Positions 53,852 through 63,884 of a stretch of 64,000 nucleotides of DNA are shown here, piece after piece (position 1 is the stretch's first letter; each line of letters begins with the position of its first letter). Origin of the DNA: an uncultured Spirochaetales bacterium. GTDB taxonomy: Bacteria > Spirochaetota > Spirochaetia > SPDA01 > CAZSGZ01. The stretch lies in contig CAYTSI010000005.1 of the NCBI GenBank assembly GCA_964440465.1, positions 151 through 64,150 on the forward strand, written 5' to 3'. Both the position numbers and the translations under genes were made by a program. Under the pieces are notes generated by a model. It was not told where the DNA came from. It saw nothing but the letters and a program-made list of their open reading frames with translations, and did not search any database.

Positions 53852-55759
53852 ATGAACGACAAAGAAAACCAATTTCAAAATCAATTTGACAAACTGCCCG
53901 GCTTTTCCGGCGGGGACAACGGCAACTTTTTCCGCAAATGGGGACCGCTGCTTCTCCTGCTCCTTCTGTTTACCATTCCCTGGATCGTGACCCTCTTTTC
54001 CGGAGGGGTAACCCGTACACAGGTAAGCTATTCCTTTTTTATTCAACAGCTGAACGAGGGAAATATCGAGTCCGTGCTGGTCCGCGGCGAAGAAATACAA
54101 GGAACGCTGAAGGAAAATGCCCTGACGCTGTCGACGGAAGGGGACGGCGGGGGGACGGAGGTGCGCCGGTTTACCACATTTTATCCGGCAAAGATCAGCA
54201 GTTCGCTCATTTCCGACCTCCAGGGCGGCAATGTTGTGGTATACACCCAGCCTGAAAGGGAGGGGGATTTTTTTACCGTTCTTCTGAATATTCTTCCGTT
54301 TCTTTTTATTTTCTGGATCATTTTTCGGCTTTCCAAACGGATGCGCGCCCAGGGCGGAGGGCTGTTCAATGTTGGCCGGAACAAAGCGAAAAAATATGAA
54401 AAGAAACGGCAGGAGGAAACCACCTTTGACGATGTGGCAGGGATAGAATCGGCGAAGGCCGAACTCAAGGAAATTGTCGATTTTTTAAAGAAGCCGGACA
54501 AGTACCGCAATTTCGGCGCGAAAACGCCGAAGGGAGTACTGTTAGTGGGTCCTCCGGGGACCGGAAAAACGCTCCTTGCCCGCGCGGTCGCGGGGGAGGC
54601 GGATGTGCCCTTTTTCAGCATCAGCGGTTCCGATTTTATGGAAATGTTTGTCGGTGTCGGCGCTTCACGGGTGAGAAATCTGTTTCGGGACGCAAAAAAG
54701 CAGCAGCCGAGTATTATTTTTATCGACGAACTCGACTCCATCGGCAGGAGCCGGGGCGCGGGTTTAGGGGGCGGACACGACGAGCGGGAACAGACCCTCA
54801 ATCAGCTCCTTTCCGAACTGGACGGATTCGAGCAGGACGAAAGCACAATCGTTCTAGCCGCTACCAATCGGCCGGACATTCTCGACCCCGCTCTGCAGCG
54901 CCCGGGAAGGTTTGACCGGCAGATTACCACAAATCTGCCGCCGAAGAAGGACAGAACGTCTATTCTGCGAATCCACAGTAAAAACAAACCATTGGCGGAA
55001 TCCGTGGACCTCGAGCGGCTTGCCTCGAGCACACCCGGGTTCAGCGGCGCGGATTTGGCAAACCTGCTGAACGAGGCGGCCTTGATCGCGGTAAAAAACG
55101 GGAAAAAGGAAATTGAACAGGAGGACCTTGATACGGCCAGGGACAAGGTGATACTTGGTCTTGAACGGAAAAGTGTCGTCATGAGCGACCGGGAAAAGGA
55201 GATTGTAGCGTATCACGAATCGGGGCATGCCTTAGTGGCGGCGCTCCTTCCCAATGCGGAGCCGGTCCACAAGGTCACCATTATCCCACGGGACCGTTCC
55301 ATGGGGGCGACGCAGCAGCTTCCCGAAGAAGACAGGTATCTGTATGAACTCGCCTATCTGCAGGACCGGATTTCGGTAATGATGGGAGGCCGGGCGGCTG
55401 AAAAACTGAAAACCGGTACCCTGACAAGCGGCGCGGAAAACGACTTGAAGGAGGCACAGAAACTCGCGCGGAAAATGGTCCTTGACTGGGGAATGGCGGA
55501 ACAATTCGAGAATATCGCCATGGGCAGCCAGCGGCAGAATGTTTTTTTAGGTGAACAGATCGCGGCTGAAAAAGAGTACAGCGAAGAGACAAACCGGCAC
55601 ATCGATGAAGCGGTGCAAAAACTGCTGACCGATGCTTTTAACCGGGCAACGGAAAACTTACAGGAGCAGGAGAAAGTCCTGGACGGTATTGCCGAAATAC
55701 TGCTGCGGGAAGAGGAGATATCCGGGCGGCAGATTTATGAAATGCTCCACACACAGTGA
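53852..55759 (+). CDS. ftsH: ATP-dependent zinc metalloprotease FtsH
   Basis: The AAA module has GPPGTGKT and DELD. The SRH region is present, and the HESGH zinc motif appears in [12 protein letters not shown]. There is an N-terminal TM segment. Confidence 0.95.
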   Translation: MNDKENQFQNQFDKLPGFSGGDNGNFFRKWGPLLLLLLLFTIPWIVTLFSGGVTRTQVSYSFFIQQLNEGNIESVLVRGEEIQGTLKENALTLSTEGDGGGTEVRRFTTFYPAKISSSLISDLQGGNVVVYTQPEREGDFFTVLLNILPFLFIFWIIFRLSKRMRAQGGGLFNVGRNKAKKYEKKRQEETTFDDVAGIESAKAELKEIVDFLKKPDKYRNFGAKTPKGVLLVGPPGTGKTLLARAVAGEADVPFFSISGSDFMEMFVGVGASRVRNLFRDAKKQQPSIIFIDELDSIGRSRGAGLGGGHDEREQTLNQLLSELDGFEQDESTIVLAATNRPDILDPALQRPGRFDRQITTNLPPKKDRTSILRIHSKNKPLAESVDLERLASSTPGFSGADLANLLNEAALIAVKNGKKEIEQEDLDTARDKVILGLERKSVVMSDREKEIVAYHESGHALVAALLPNAEPVHKVTIIPRDRSMGATQQLPEEDRYLYELAYLQDRISVMMGGRAAEKLKTGTLTSGAENDLKEAQKLARKMVLDWGMAEQFENIAMGSQRQNVFLGEQIAAEKEYSEETNRHIDEAVQKLLTDAFNRATENLQEQEKVLDGIAEILLREEEISGRQIYEMLHTQ

Positions 55760-55761
55760 AG

Positions 55762-55790
55762 TTGACCTGCATTTTTTCTTTTAGTATATT
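55762..55790 (+). promoter_or_regulatory. Candidate sigma70 promoter (TTGACC, 17-nt spacer, TATATT)
   Basis: Read directly. The element lies 44 nt upstream of the 55834 ORF. Confidence 0.4.
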
Positions 55791-55833
55791 TACCGTATCA
55801 GTTTCGTAGAGGAGCTGAAAGAGGAGGAGACCT

Positions 55834-56217
55834 ATGGCTACAATAGATTCAACAATAATAGAGCAGCTGCAGTCGATTATCACTTCGGGGGTGGACGACA
55901 GTGAGCAGAAGTGTAAAGCGGCGTTTAAGGAAGTAATGCCGGAAAATCTGCCCGCTGATAAAATGTTTAACGAAGCGGCGGAGAAATTTTCCGACGAAGA
56001 ACTGGCGGAAGTGTGCGGAGAGGTTGCTTTAACGGTACACGCGGGATGCACCCGTGACGATTTTCACAATTGGAACTACGATCATCTCGAGTTTATCATT
56101 GACCTTTCGAACCGTTACGATTTTGATATACCGAAAAATTTTTTAAACGGGCTTCCCGAGCAGCTGATTATCCTGGTTGATTCGGACCATGTGAAAAAGC
56201 CCGAATGCGATGATTAG
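55834..56217 (+). CDS. Hypothetical protein
   Basis: This is a 127-aa acidic ORF preceded by a GAGGAGGAG RBS. No family was recognised. Confidence 0.5.
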   Translation: MATIDSTIIEQLQSIITSGVDDSEQKCKAAFKEVMPENLPADKMFNEAAEKFSDEELAEVCGEVALTVHAGCTRDDFHNWNYDHLEFIIDLSNRYDFDIPKNFLNGLPEQLIILVDSDHVKKPECDD

Positions 56218-56229
56218 AAAACAGGCTTA

Positions 56230-58476
56230 TTGAAAAGAAACGGTAACTATATACCGGTAATTGTCGCGGGAATAATTATTTTCCTGTTTGTTACCGGAGA
56301 AATTACACTGCGGCATCTCCCCTTTCCCGAACTTGAGGCGTTTCAGAACAGGGCGTACAGTACAATAGTAACCGACAGAAACGGCACAATTCTCAGAATT
56401 CTTCCTCTCGAAGGAGGATTGAGGCGGGAATACGTTCCCCTCGAAGAACTGCGCCCGGAGATTGTCCGGATTTTTATCGAAAGCGAAGACAAGCGGTTCT
56501 CTTTTCACCGCGGTGTGGACGGTTTTGCCGTGCTGCGCGGTTTTTTTCAAAACAGACGAGCGGGACGGACGGTTTCGGGGGCGTCCACCATCTCCATGCA
56601 GCTGGCGGGTCTTGTCCGCCCGCGAAAGCAGACCGTCGGGGGCAAGGTCCTTGAAGCCTGGGACGCCCTTCGCCTGGAGGCAAAACTCTCGAAACGGGAA
56701 ATCCTCGAGCTGTGGCTAAACTCTCTCCCCTTCGGCAGGCAGGCGGAGGGTGTCGGGAGCGGCAGCAGGGCCTACTTCAATATATCCGCCGCGGACCTCT
56801 CAATTCCGGAGGCGGCCCTTCTTGCCGTTGTTCCGAGGCATCCGAAAAAGTACAGCCCCGTCGACAATCCAGAGGGCGCGTATGAAGGCGCGCTCCGCAA
56901 TGCCGGGAGGCTTCGTACGGACATTTCCGCACAGGAGCTGCGGAAGGCCGCCCGGGCCGCGGAGCCGGGAAATTTTATCTACCACGCGCCCCATTTTCTT
57001 CGTCAAATAGGGACAGAGCTCGGCGGCAAGCAGGGCGGCAGGGTAACAACCACATTGGATCTGGAACTTCAGCAGCATTTTCACCGTCTTTTGTCCACCT
57101 ATCAGCAGCGGTACGCCCAAAGCCGCATTACCAGCGCCGCCGGAATGCTCATCGACAATCATACGGGCGAAGTCCTTGCCTACGTCGGTTCACTCGACTT
57201 TTTCTCCGGCAGAGCGGGGGAGCAGCTGGACGGGGTAACCGTCCCGCGGCAGCCCGGGTCCTGTCTTAAACCCTTTCTTTACGCGGCGGCGCTGGAGGAC
57301 GGGTGGTATCCGAACACACTGCTTCCCGACGTCCCGCTCAATTTCGGCGGGGGCGAGGTATATGTGCCTTCGAATTTCACAAATTCTTTTTCCGGTCCCG
57401 TCAGGCTTCGGGTTGCCCTCGGGTCGTCTCTGAACGTACCGGCGGTCTATCTGTTGGATGAGATCGGGTTGGAACGGTTCGGGGAGCTGCTGCGGGCGGC
57501 GGGTTTTCACGTCGGAGCGGGCGCGCTTGAGAAGGCGGGCCTCGGCGCCGCGTTGGGCAATCTGGATGTCTCCCTCCTGGAACTGACCCGGGGCTTCGCC
57601 CTTTTCCCCCGGCGTGGTGTGCCCCTGGAGCTTTCATGGACACTCCCCGAAGTTTTCGAAGGGCCCTCCCCCGCGGGACGGGCCGTTTCCGAATACACCG
57701 CCGATATTATCTGCGACATCCTCTCGGACCCGGCGGCGAGGGCCCGGGGGTTCGGGTACAATTCCGCTTTTACCCTTCCCTTTCCCGCCATGTTTAAAAC
57801 CGGGACAACCGATCAGTTTCAGCACATCTGGGCCCTTGCCGCGACGCCGGATTATACCGTGGGCATATGGATGGGAAACAACACCGGGGAAACGGTAATC
57901 GGCCGGACCGGTTCCTCCGTCCCCGCGCGGATAGCGGCTGAAGTGCTTACCTTCGCGCGGAAGGGGAGGGCGGAATTCCCGGTCCCGGCGGGGGCGGTGC
58001 CGGTGGAGATCTGCACAGTATCCGGGCAGCGGGGGACGGAGCTCTGTCCCTCCGTTGTTACCGAATACCTGCCGGCGGCCGGCGGGGAAGGGGCTGTACC
58101 CGGTCCCTGTACATTTCATATACTGCGAAACGGTACGGTAACAACCGAGTATCCGGAAAAATATCATGCATGGCTGCGGGAGCTGGGCCGGTCGGGGGGA
58201 TTTTCCTTCTCCGGCGGAGAAGGCCTTGAAATTATTCACCCCCGCGGCGGAGCGGTATTTTACTATGACCCGACAGTTTCCGCCGGAGTCCAGGCGCTGC
58301 GGGTCGAGGCAGCTGCCGGCAGGCCCGGGGCCTGCACACTCTATGTAAACGGCGAAAGGGCGGGTACTGTTTTCCATCCCCCCTATGTATGGTTTTTGCC
58401 GCTTCAGCGGGGAGCGTGGGAATTGACCGTATCGAATACCGGTTCCGAGGCGACGGTGCGCGTCGAAGTCCGCTAA
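56230..58476 (+). CDS. pbpC: Penicillin-binding protein 1C-like (glycosyltransferase plus transpeptidase)
   Basis: The GT51 motifs are EDKRFSFHRGVD and GASTISMQL. The transpeptidase motifs are SCLKPF, SNF and KTGTT. A C-terminal extra domain is typical of PbpC. The start codon in the track is TTG. Confidence 0.85.
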   Translation: MKRNGNYIPVIVAGIIIFLFVTGEITLRHLPFPELEAFQNRAYSTIVTDRNGTILRILPLEGGLRREYVPLEELRPEIVRIFIESEDKRFSFHRGVDGFAVLRGFFQNRRAGRTVSGASTISMQLAGLVRPRKQTVGGKVLEAWDALRLEAKLSKREILELWLNSLPFGRQAEGVGSGSRAYFNISAADLSIPEAALLAVVPRHPKKYSPVDNPEGAYEGALRNAGRLRTDISAQELRKAARAAEPGNFIYHAPHFLRQIGTELGGKQGGRVTTTLDLELQQHFHRLLSTYQQRYAQSRITSAAGMLIDNHTGEVLAYVGSLDFFSGRAGEQLDGVTVPRQPGSCLKPFLYAAALEDGWYPNTLLPDVPLNFGGGEVYVPSNFTNSFSGPVRLRVALGSSLNVPAVYLLDEIGLERFGELLRAAGFHVGAGALEKAGLGAALGNLDVSLLELTRGFALFPRRGVPLELSWTLPEVFEGPSPAGRAVSEYTADIICDILSDPAARARGFGYNSAFTLPFPAMFKTGTTDQFQHIWALAATPDYTVGIWMGNNTGETVIGRTGSSVPARIAAEVLTFARKGRAEFPVPAGAVPVEICTVSGQRGTELCPSVVTEYLPAAGGEGAVPGPCTFHILRNGTVTTEYPEKYHAWLRELGRSGGFSFSGGEGLEIIHPRGGAVFYYDPTVSAGVQALRVEAAAGRPGACTLYVNGERAGTVFHPPYVWFLPLQRGAWELTVSNTGSEATVRVEVR

Positions 58477-58481
58477 ATACA

Positions 58482-59417
58482 ATGAAATGGCATGAAATAA
58501 TACAGAAATACTTCGGTCTCATATTTTTCGCGGCGATGGCGGCGGGATTTCTTTTTTCGGATGTTTTCCGTCCTCTTTCGGAAATTACCTATATTGTTTT
58601 AGGGGTAATTATTACCATATCCTTTCTCACCCTCGATTACCGGCAGTTCGCCCATACGCTGAAGCGCTTTTATGTTCCCGTCGGGGTGTTCATTGTCTAT
58701 AAACTGGTCATTCCCGCCGCCTTCTACTATATCATCTCTTTATGGGACAGAAATATCGCCCTTGCGGCACTCCTTCTGGCGGCCACACCCGTGGGGATGA
58801 TTACTCCGGCCCTTTCACAGCTCATCGGGGCCGATAGGGAATTTGTTCTTTCCATTGTAGTTATCACCTCATTCGCGGCCCCCTTTTATCTGCCCTTTCT
58901 TATTAAGCTGGTTGCCGGGGCCCATATCAGTGTCGATCCCGTTTCCATGATGTTTTCGCTTATCAAACTGATCTTTATCCCCTTTGCTGTTTCCCTCGTT
59001 GTGAGAAAATGGGGGAAACGGTTTATCGATACAACAAAGCACTTTCACAGCGCCCTTTCCGTTCTTTTGCTGATTTTCGTGCTGCTTGGAATTGTGGCAA
59101 AAGGCGCTCCCCATATCCGTGATAATTGGACGGTGTCTGTCGGTTTTCTCGGGATGTCCGTTGTTTTTTGCGCCGCGCTTGCCGGTCTGGGGTTCGGTCT
59201 GTTTTGGTTTTTATCGAAAGAAAAGCGGTTCGGACTTGCCGTTTCGGTCCCGTATATGAATTTGGCCATGTCCATCGTAATCGCGGCCGTTTATTTCCGG
59301 CCGGATGTTCTCCTGTTCTGCATTATGTATGAAGTTCCGGTAAATCTCCTGCCGGTCATTCTTCGCGGAATCAAGCGGAAGCCGGCCGCGGAAAGCGCGG
59401 CTGACGGAGGGGACTAA
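58482..59417 (+). CDS. Bile acid:sodium symporter (BASS/Acr3-like) family transporter
   Basis: The ~310-aa polytopic membrane protein has composition and length typical of the BASS family. The start was trimmed to ATG 58482 (MKWHEIIQKYF). Confidence 0.65.
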   Translation: MKWHEIIQKYFGLIFFAAMAAGFLFSDVFRPLSEITYIVLGVIITISFLTLDYRQFAHTLKRFYVPVGVFIVYKLVIPAAFYYIISLWDRNIALAALLLAATPVGMITPALSQLIGADREFVLSIVVITSFAAPFYLPFLIKLVAGAHISVDPVSMMFSLIKLIFIPFAVSLVVRKWGKRFIDTTKHFHSALSVLLLIFVLLGIVAKGAPHIRDNWTVSVGFLGMSVVFCAALAGLGFGLFWFLSKEKRFGLAVSVPYMNLAMSIVIAAVYFRPDVLLFCIMYEVPVNLLPVILRGIKRKPAAESAADGGD

Positions 59418-59450
59418 GTGTGTTACAATCACTACAACAGAGAATAAAAC

Positions 59451-60119
59451 GTGTTTCATATCGATAAAAACGACATTAAAAAGAAGCGGGTAGTTAAACT
59501 CTTTATAGAAGCCGCGTCGGATATTATCAGCAATGAAGGGATCGACGGAGTAACCATCCGAAAAGTTGCCGAACGTACCGGCTATAACAGTGCTTCCATC
59601 TATTCCTATTTTGATAATTTCCGGCAGCTGGTGTTCCTCGCCTCGGCGTCCTCGCTGCACGACTATGTTACCGCTATGCCGAAATATATTAAAAAGGGGA
59701 AAAACGCCCTGGATAAATTCCTGCTGATGTGGGAATGTTTCTGCCGGTATTCTTTTCAGAAGCCCCGGGATTATTACGCGGTATTTTCAGACGACATAGG
59801 GTCCGAGCCGGAGGCCCTGGTTGCCCATTATTATGAACTGTTTCCCGAAGAATTAGCGGAGGCCCCGAAGGACCTGCGTCCAATGCTTACAGAAACAGAC
59901 CTGAAGCGCAGAAACATGATTGCAATCAGCGGCTGCACGGAGGCGGGATTTTTCTCAGAAGCTGATGAAGAAGTCGTGGAGGAATCGATCCGGTTGATCT
60001 ATCAGGGGATGCTTACGCTGATGGTGAACCGCCGTGTGGAATATACGCCTGAAGAGGCGGTGAAACGGACAATGCGGAGCATTACAAAAATCGCGGAGAG
60101 TTATTCCCGGCGTTCCTGA
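59451..60119 (+). CDS. TetR-family transcriptional regulator
   Basis: The N-terminal HTH reads KLFIEAASDIISNEGIDGVTIRKVAERTGYNSASIYSYF. Confidence 0.85.
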   Translation: MFHIDKNDIKKKRVVKLFIEAASDIISNEGIDGVTIRKVAERTGYNSASIYSYFDNFRQLVFLASASSLHDYVTAMPKYIKKGKNALDKFLLMWECFCRYSFQKPRDYYAVFSDDIGSEPEALVAHYYELFPEELAEAPKDLRPMLTETDLKRRNMIAISGCTEAGFFSEADEEVVEESIRLIYQGMLTLMVNRRVEYTPEEAVKRTMRSITKIAESYSRRS

Positions 60120-60155
60120 TAACCGGCTGCCGCGGGCTGCTGTGTATAGAAAAAA

Positions 60156-60201
60156 CTCCAGCCGTAAACGGCAGGACAACTGCCGCCTGACCTGGCTGGA
60201 G
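60156..60201. terminator. Compound hairpin between the convergent TetR and MttB-family genes
   Basis: The outer stem is CTCCAGCC/GGCTGGAG and the inner stem is CGGCAG/CTGCCG. Confidence 0.45.
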
Positions 60202-60229
60202 AATTGGAAGGATTTTTACATAAACTTTT

Positions 60230-61654
60230 TTACATGTTCTTTTTTTTACTTACAAACCCTATAAGGTCTTTTTCCAGTTTTGGATCGATATCCGGTTTCT
60301 CCCATTCCTCAAGCCGCCGTTCGAGGATTTTTTCCGCGCGGTCAACCGCGAGGGGTTTACCGCTGCTTTCCCAGGAGGGGAAATCGGAAACAGTCATAAT
60401 TTCAGGATCGAAAAATTCGCTTCTGCACCGCTCGATAGTTTTGTCCTGGGTCATAAACTCTCCGCCGATTCCCGCCTCCCGGAACGCGGCGACGTCAATT
60501 TCGTCACCTGAAATTACAGTCGGCGTAATCAGTTTCCTGATCATTCCGGCAAGTTCTTCGTCGGCAAGGTATTTTTCATAACTCATTGCCAGATAGGAAC
60601 CGAGGATTCCGGCAGAATGGAGGATGAAATTGATGCCGCTTCGTATGGCCGTGGAAAGGGCCAGCGCGGACTGGGCACCGGCCTGGATGTCGGGGTAATT
60701 AGCATCCGTCAGTCCTCCGCCGCTCCGGGACGGCAGGTGGTAGTAGTGTGCCAACTGGGCGGTAAAGGAAACCAGCATGGAAAGTTCCGGCGCTCCGATG
60801 GAGAGGCCGCCGGTTTTCATGTCCATCGGTGCCGATGTGGAGCCGTAAATAACCGGCGCGCCGGGGCGAACGAGCTGGGCGAGGGTAAGCCCTGCCAGCA
60901 CTTCCGCGTTCTGCTGCGCCAATACTCCCGGCAGTGTAATAGGCCCGGAGGACCCCGCCATAATAAGGCTTGCGATAACACAAGCCTGTCCGCCGCGGAC
61001 CAAGGCAATCAGGCTCCCTGCCATCTCTTCCGAAAATCCCAGGGGAGACAGTGAATTGATCAGGGATACGGTGGCCGGGGCGCGTTCCATTTCCTCCTTT
61101 CCCCAGACAATTTCGAGCATTTCAGCGCACTCGTCCGCCCCCTGCCGTGAAACGGGGCTTCCCATAAACGGTTTATCACAGTGCAGTATATTAGCCAGCA
61201 GCATATCGAGGTGCGCGGTGGCGGCGGGAATACCCGACGGTTCGACCATCATAAAACCGTTCATATTGATGTGCCGGGATGTCTGCGCCAGTTTACAGAA
61301 GTTGTTGTAATCCTCCATGCTCGCTTCCCGCCGCGCCTTTTCCGCGGTAATAATGAATGGGGCCCCGTAGCCCGGTACAAGGGCAAAATCGTCTTTTCCA
61401 ATGGGAACACTTTTTTCAGGGTCCCGTGCCGTAACAATAAAGGTTTCCGGCGCCGAATCGAGGGCTTTCCTGATGTCCGCCTCCGATAAATAAACGACAT
61501 AACCGTCTGTTGTAACACCGTGTTTTTTAAATATCTCGATGGCCTCGTCTTCTTTAAACCGTATCCCGACCGAACTCAATATTTCCATCGAAGAAGAATG
61601 GATAAGTTCGAGGTCCGTTTTCGTCAATTCCTGTATTCGGTCATACATTGGCAT
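60230..61654 (-). CDS. MttB-superfamily methyltransferase, non-pyrrolysine type
   Basis: The 474-aa product has an N-terminus (LTKTDLELIHSSSMEILSSVGIRFKEDEAIEIFKKHG) and an overall TIM-barrel length that match the trimethylamine methyltransferase family. There is no in-frame TAG. Confidence 0.8.
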   Translation of the reverse strand: MPMYDRIQELTKTDLELIHSSSMEILSSVGIRFKEDEAIEIFKKHGVTTDGYVVYLSEADIRKALDSAPETFIVTARDPEKSVPIGKDDFALVPGYGAPFIITAEKARREASMEDYNNFCKLAQTSRHINMNGFMMVEPSGIPAATAHLDMLLANILHCDKPFMGSPVSRQGADECAEMLEIVWGKEEMERAPATVSLINSLSPLGFSEEMAGSLIALVRGGQACVIASLIMAGSSGPITLPGVLAQQNAEVLAGLTLAQLVRPGAPVIYGSTSAPMDMKTGGLSIGAPELSMLVSFTAQLAHYYHLPSRSGGGLTDANYPDIQAGAQSALALSTAIRSGINFILHSAGILGSYLAMSYEKYLADEELAGMIRKLITPTVISGDEIDVAAFREAGIGGEFMTQDKTIERCRSEFFDPEIMTVSDFPSWESSGKPLAVDRAEKILERRLEEWEKPDIDPKLEKDLIGFVSKKKNM

Positions 61655-61790
61655 TTACCCTCCTTATCTCCTTGGCTGAAATTCTACCATGGCTTTTTCC
61701 AGACGTCAATCAAGATTATTAATTAATCGCGATTATTTTGTTGTTATTTTTCATCTATACCTTTATACTGAATACAGAAGGGGGTATATA

Positions 61791-62462
61791 ATGAAAGTAA
61801 AAAAACTGATGACGCCTGCACCGATAACCGCCGGAACGAACACAAGCTACAATGAAGCCGTAAAACTGTTGCAGGAGAACGAAATTCGGCATTTGCCGGT
61901 TATCGGTAAAAAAGGAAAGCTTGTTGGAATAGTCTCTCTCGAGGACTTGTTAAGTGCAAAGCCTTCGGGAGTTTCTACATTGAGCGTTTATGAAATTGCC
62001 TCTCTGCTTGAATCCGTGAAGCTTGAAAAGGTTATGACGTCTCCGGTATATGCCGTTAGTGAAGATTGCAGTCTGACGAACGCGGCACGTTTTATGATCG
62101 AAAAAAAGATCGGCTGTCTTCCTGTTGTGCAAGATGATAAACTGATCGGCATTATTACCGACACCGATATTTTCCGCAGCTTTGTTGAAATCTCCGGAGG
62201 AGGTCAGCCGGGGACCCGAATTGAAATCAAGATGCCCGATAAAAAAGGTGAACTGGCAAAAATTATCCAGGCTTTGGCAGACGCCGGAAGCTATATTGTT
62301 TCCGTTACTCTCACGTACGAGAAAGGTGAACCGGTCTGTATTGCCGATATCAAAGAGCGGGACGGCGACGAAAAAAACCTCCGGGAGGAACTCGAAAAAC
62401 TCGAAGGGATGGAAATTACAACTTTCAGGCCCCACCGGGAGGATAAACTGCTGTCCTACTAA
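61791..62462 (+). CDS. CBS-pair plus ACT domain protein
   Basis: Two CBS motifs are present (VKKLMTPAPIT...IRHLPVI and VMTSPVYAV...IGCLPVV). An ACT-like C-terminus follows (GTRIEIKMPDKKGELAKI). The start was trimmed to ATG 61791, after GAAGGGGG. Confidence 0.75.
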   Translation: MKVKKLMTPAPITAGTNTSYNEAVKLLQENEIRHLPVIGKKGKLVGIVSLEDLLSAKPSGVSTLSVYEIASLLESVKLEKVMTSPVYAVSEDCSLTNAARFMIEKKIGCLPVVQDDKLIGIITDTDIFRSFVEISGGGQPGTRIEIKMPDKKGELAKIIQALADAGSYIVSVTLTYEKGEPVCIADIKERDGDEKNLREELEKLEGMEITTFRPHREDKLLSY

Positions 62463-62482
62463 AACGGCACAGCGCTGCCTCA

Positions 62483-63454
62483 TTAAACCGGGGGGGTAAA
62501 TTGATCAGCGGGCTTTTTCGGATGCCGGTTCCGATTTAACATGATAAAAAGCGATACCCCTCCCACCACAAAGGTCGTGCCGATCCATTGGTAGAGGGTA
62601 AAGCTTTCCGAGAACAGCAGGGATGCATACAGAAATGCAACGGGAATTTCCGCCATGGAAAGTATTCCGGCAATGCTCACCTGTAGTTTCCGCAGTGTCG
62701 CGGTGTAAAGTGCAAACGGCAGAAGTGTTGAAATAATAACGAGCCCGCCAAGCCACAGGCAGGAAACCGCGGGAAAACTTGCCGGAGGCGGAACGAAGAA
62801 CTGGATTGGAAGGAGTACCAGCGCCCCGAAACCGAAGCCGTAGGTAAGAATTGTAAAAGGATGATACTTGCCGGTAATTTTTTTTCCAAAGAGATTAAAC
62901 AGAGCATAGGCTAGTGGAATAGAGAACCCGACAATGACACCGGTTATGTTTGCCGGCCCGGGACCGCCTCTAAGCAGTCCCGACAGAAAAACGGACCCGC
63001 TAAGAGTCAGCACGACGGCGATTATTTTCCTAAAATTAAACGCTTCTTTAAAAAAAAGCCGGGCCGCGACGGCAAGGATTATCGGCATAATCGCCTGCTG
63101 TACCGTGGAAACCGCTACACCGTTTATTCCCACGCCGAAATTCCACAGCAGGTGGAACACCCCGAGGCCGAGGCCGCCGAGTGCGGCAAGCCAGGGGATG
63201 TCCTTCCGGTCAACGCGAAGCAGGTCGCGCCTGAAGATGAGGAGAATAAACAAAAGACAGAAGAACGTTGCAAGATCTCGGTAGAAGGCCAGGGAGTATT
63301 CCGATATTTCCGCCGAGGACAATGTCAGCTTGATAAAAACGCCGGATGTCGCCCACATAACTGTGGTGGCGAAAACTCCGCCGTAATTCTTGGCTTCAGA
63401 GGTCTTTGTAGGAAACTTTGTTCCCCGTCGATTGCAGAAATTTTTTAAAATCAT
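62483..63454 (-). CDS. EamA/DMT-family transporter
   Basis: The product has ten predicted hydrophobic segments and a duplicated EamA-like organisation. The track start overlaps the upstream gene by 59 nt, so the true start is uncertain. Confidence 0.7.
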   Translation of the reverse strand: MILKNFCNRRGTKFPTKTSEAKNYGGVFATTVMWATSGVFIKLTLSSAEISEYSLAFYRDLATFFCLLFILLIFRRDLLRVDRKDIPWLAALGGLGLGVFHLLWNFGVGINGVAVSTVQQAIMPIILAVAARLFFKEAFNFRKIIAVVLTLSGSVFLSGLLRGGPGPANITGVIVGFSIPLAYALFNLFGKKITGKYHPFTILTYGFGFGALVLLPIQFFVPPPASFPAVSCLWLGGLVIISTLLPFALYTATLRKLQVSIAGILSMAEIPVAFLYASLLFSESFTLYQWIGTTFVVGGVSLFIMLNRNRHPKKPADQFTPPV

Positions 63455-63884
63455 CTATGCTTATCGTTATAGTTGCCGTATTGACGTTCGGGTGAAACCC
63501 GATCCGTCCGCTTTTCAGAAGCTTGTTATCGACAATTACCTCGACTGCTTTCTTTTCGTCATTGATCAGCCCGAAAACAGATACGGCGCCTTTGGAGAGG
63601 CCGAGATGTTCTTGCAGCCTCCTGTCGGAGGCGAAACTCAGTGTTCCGGCTCCAATCTTGGATTGGAGGGACTTTATATCGAGGTTTTTCGCGCTGTCCA
63701 GAATAACAAGGAAATGACGGTTGCCTTTTTTGTTCCGAAAAAAAAGGTTTTTTGTATGGGACCCCTCGAGGGCCGCCCAGTGTTCATTTGCCTCCTCCAC
63801 CGTAAAAACCGGAGGGTGGGTTATTTTTTCGTACTCTATTCCAAGATCATTAAGTACTTCATACACGTTTTCTTCCGACGCCAT
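63396..63884 (-). CDS. YbaK/ProX-like aminoacyl-tRNA editing domain protein
   Basis: The sequence MASEENVYEVLNDLGIEYEKITHPPVFTVEEA...TKNLFFRNKKG...GAVSVFGL matches the prolyl-tRNA synthetase associated domain pattern. The start was trimmed to ATG 63884. Confidence 0.7.
   Translation of the reverse strand: MASEENVYEVLNDLGIEYEKITHPPVFTVEEANEHWAALEGSHTKNLFFRNKKGNRHFLVILDSAKNLDIKSLQSKIGAGTLSFASDRRLQEHLGLSKGAVSVFGLINDEKKAVEVIVDNKLLKSGRIGFHPNVNTATITISIDDFKKFLQSTGNKVSYKDL

Noticed and set aside
60230-61654. Pyrrolysine (in-frame UAG) recoding in the MttB-family gene, and selenocysteine recoding elsewhere.
   Set aside because: The ORF is uninterrupted for 474 aa with no in-frame stop. No pyl genes and no SECIS-like context were noticed in the window.
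63396-63454. The 59-nt overlap between the EamA transporter start and the YbaK-like gene end, considered as a sign of a fused or recoded gene.
   Set aside because: It is most likely an over-extended start call for the transporter. The frames differ, and no slippery sequence was seen.
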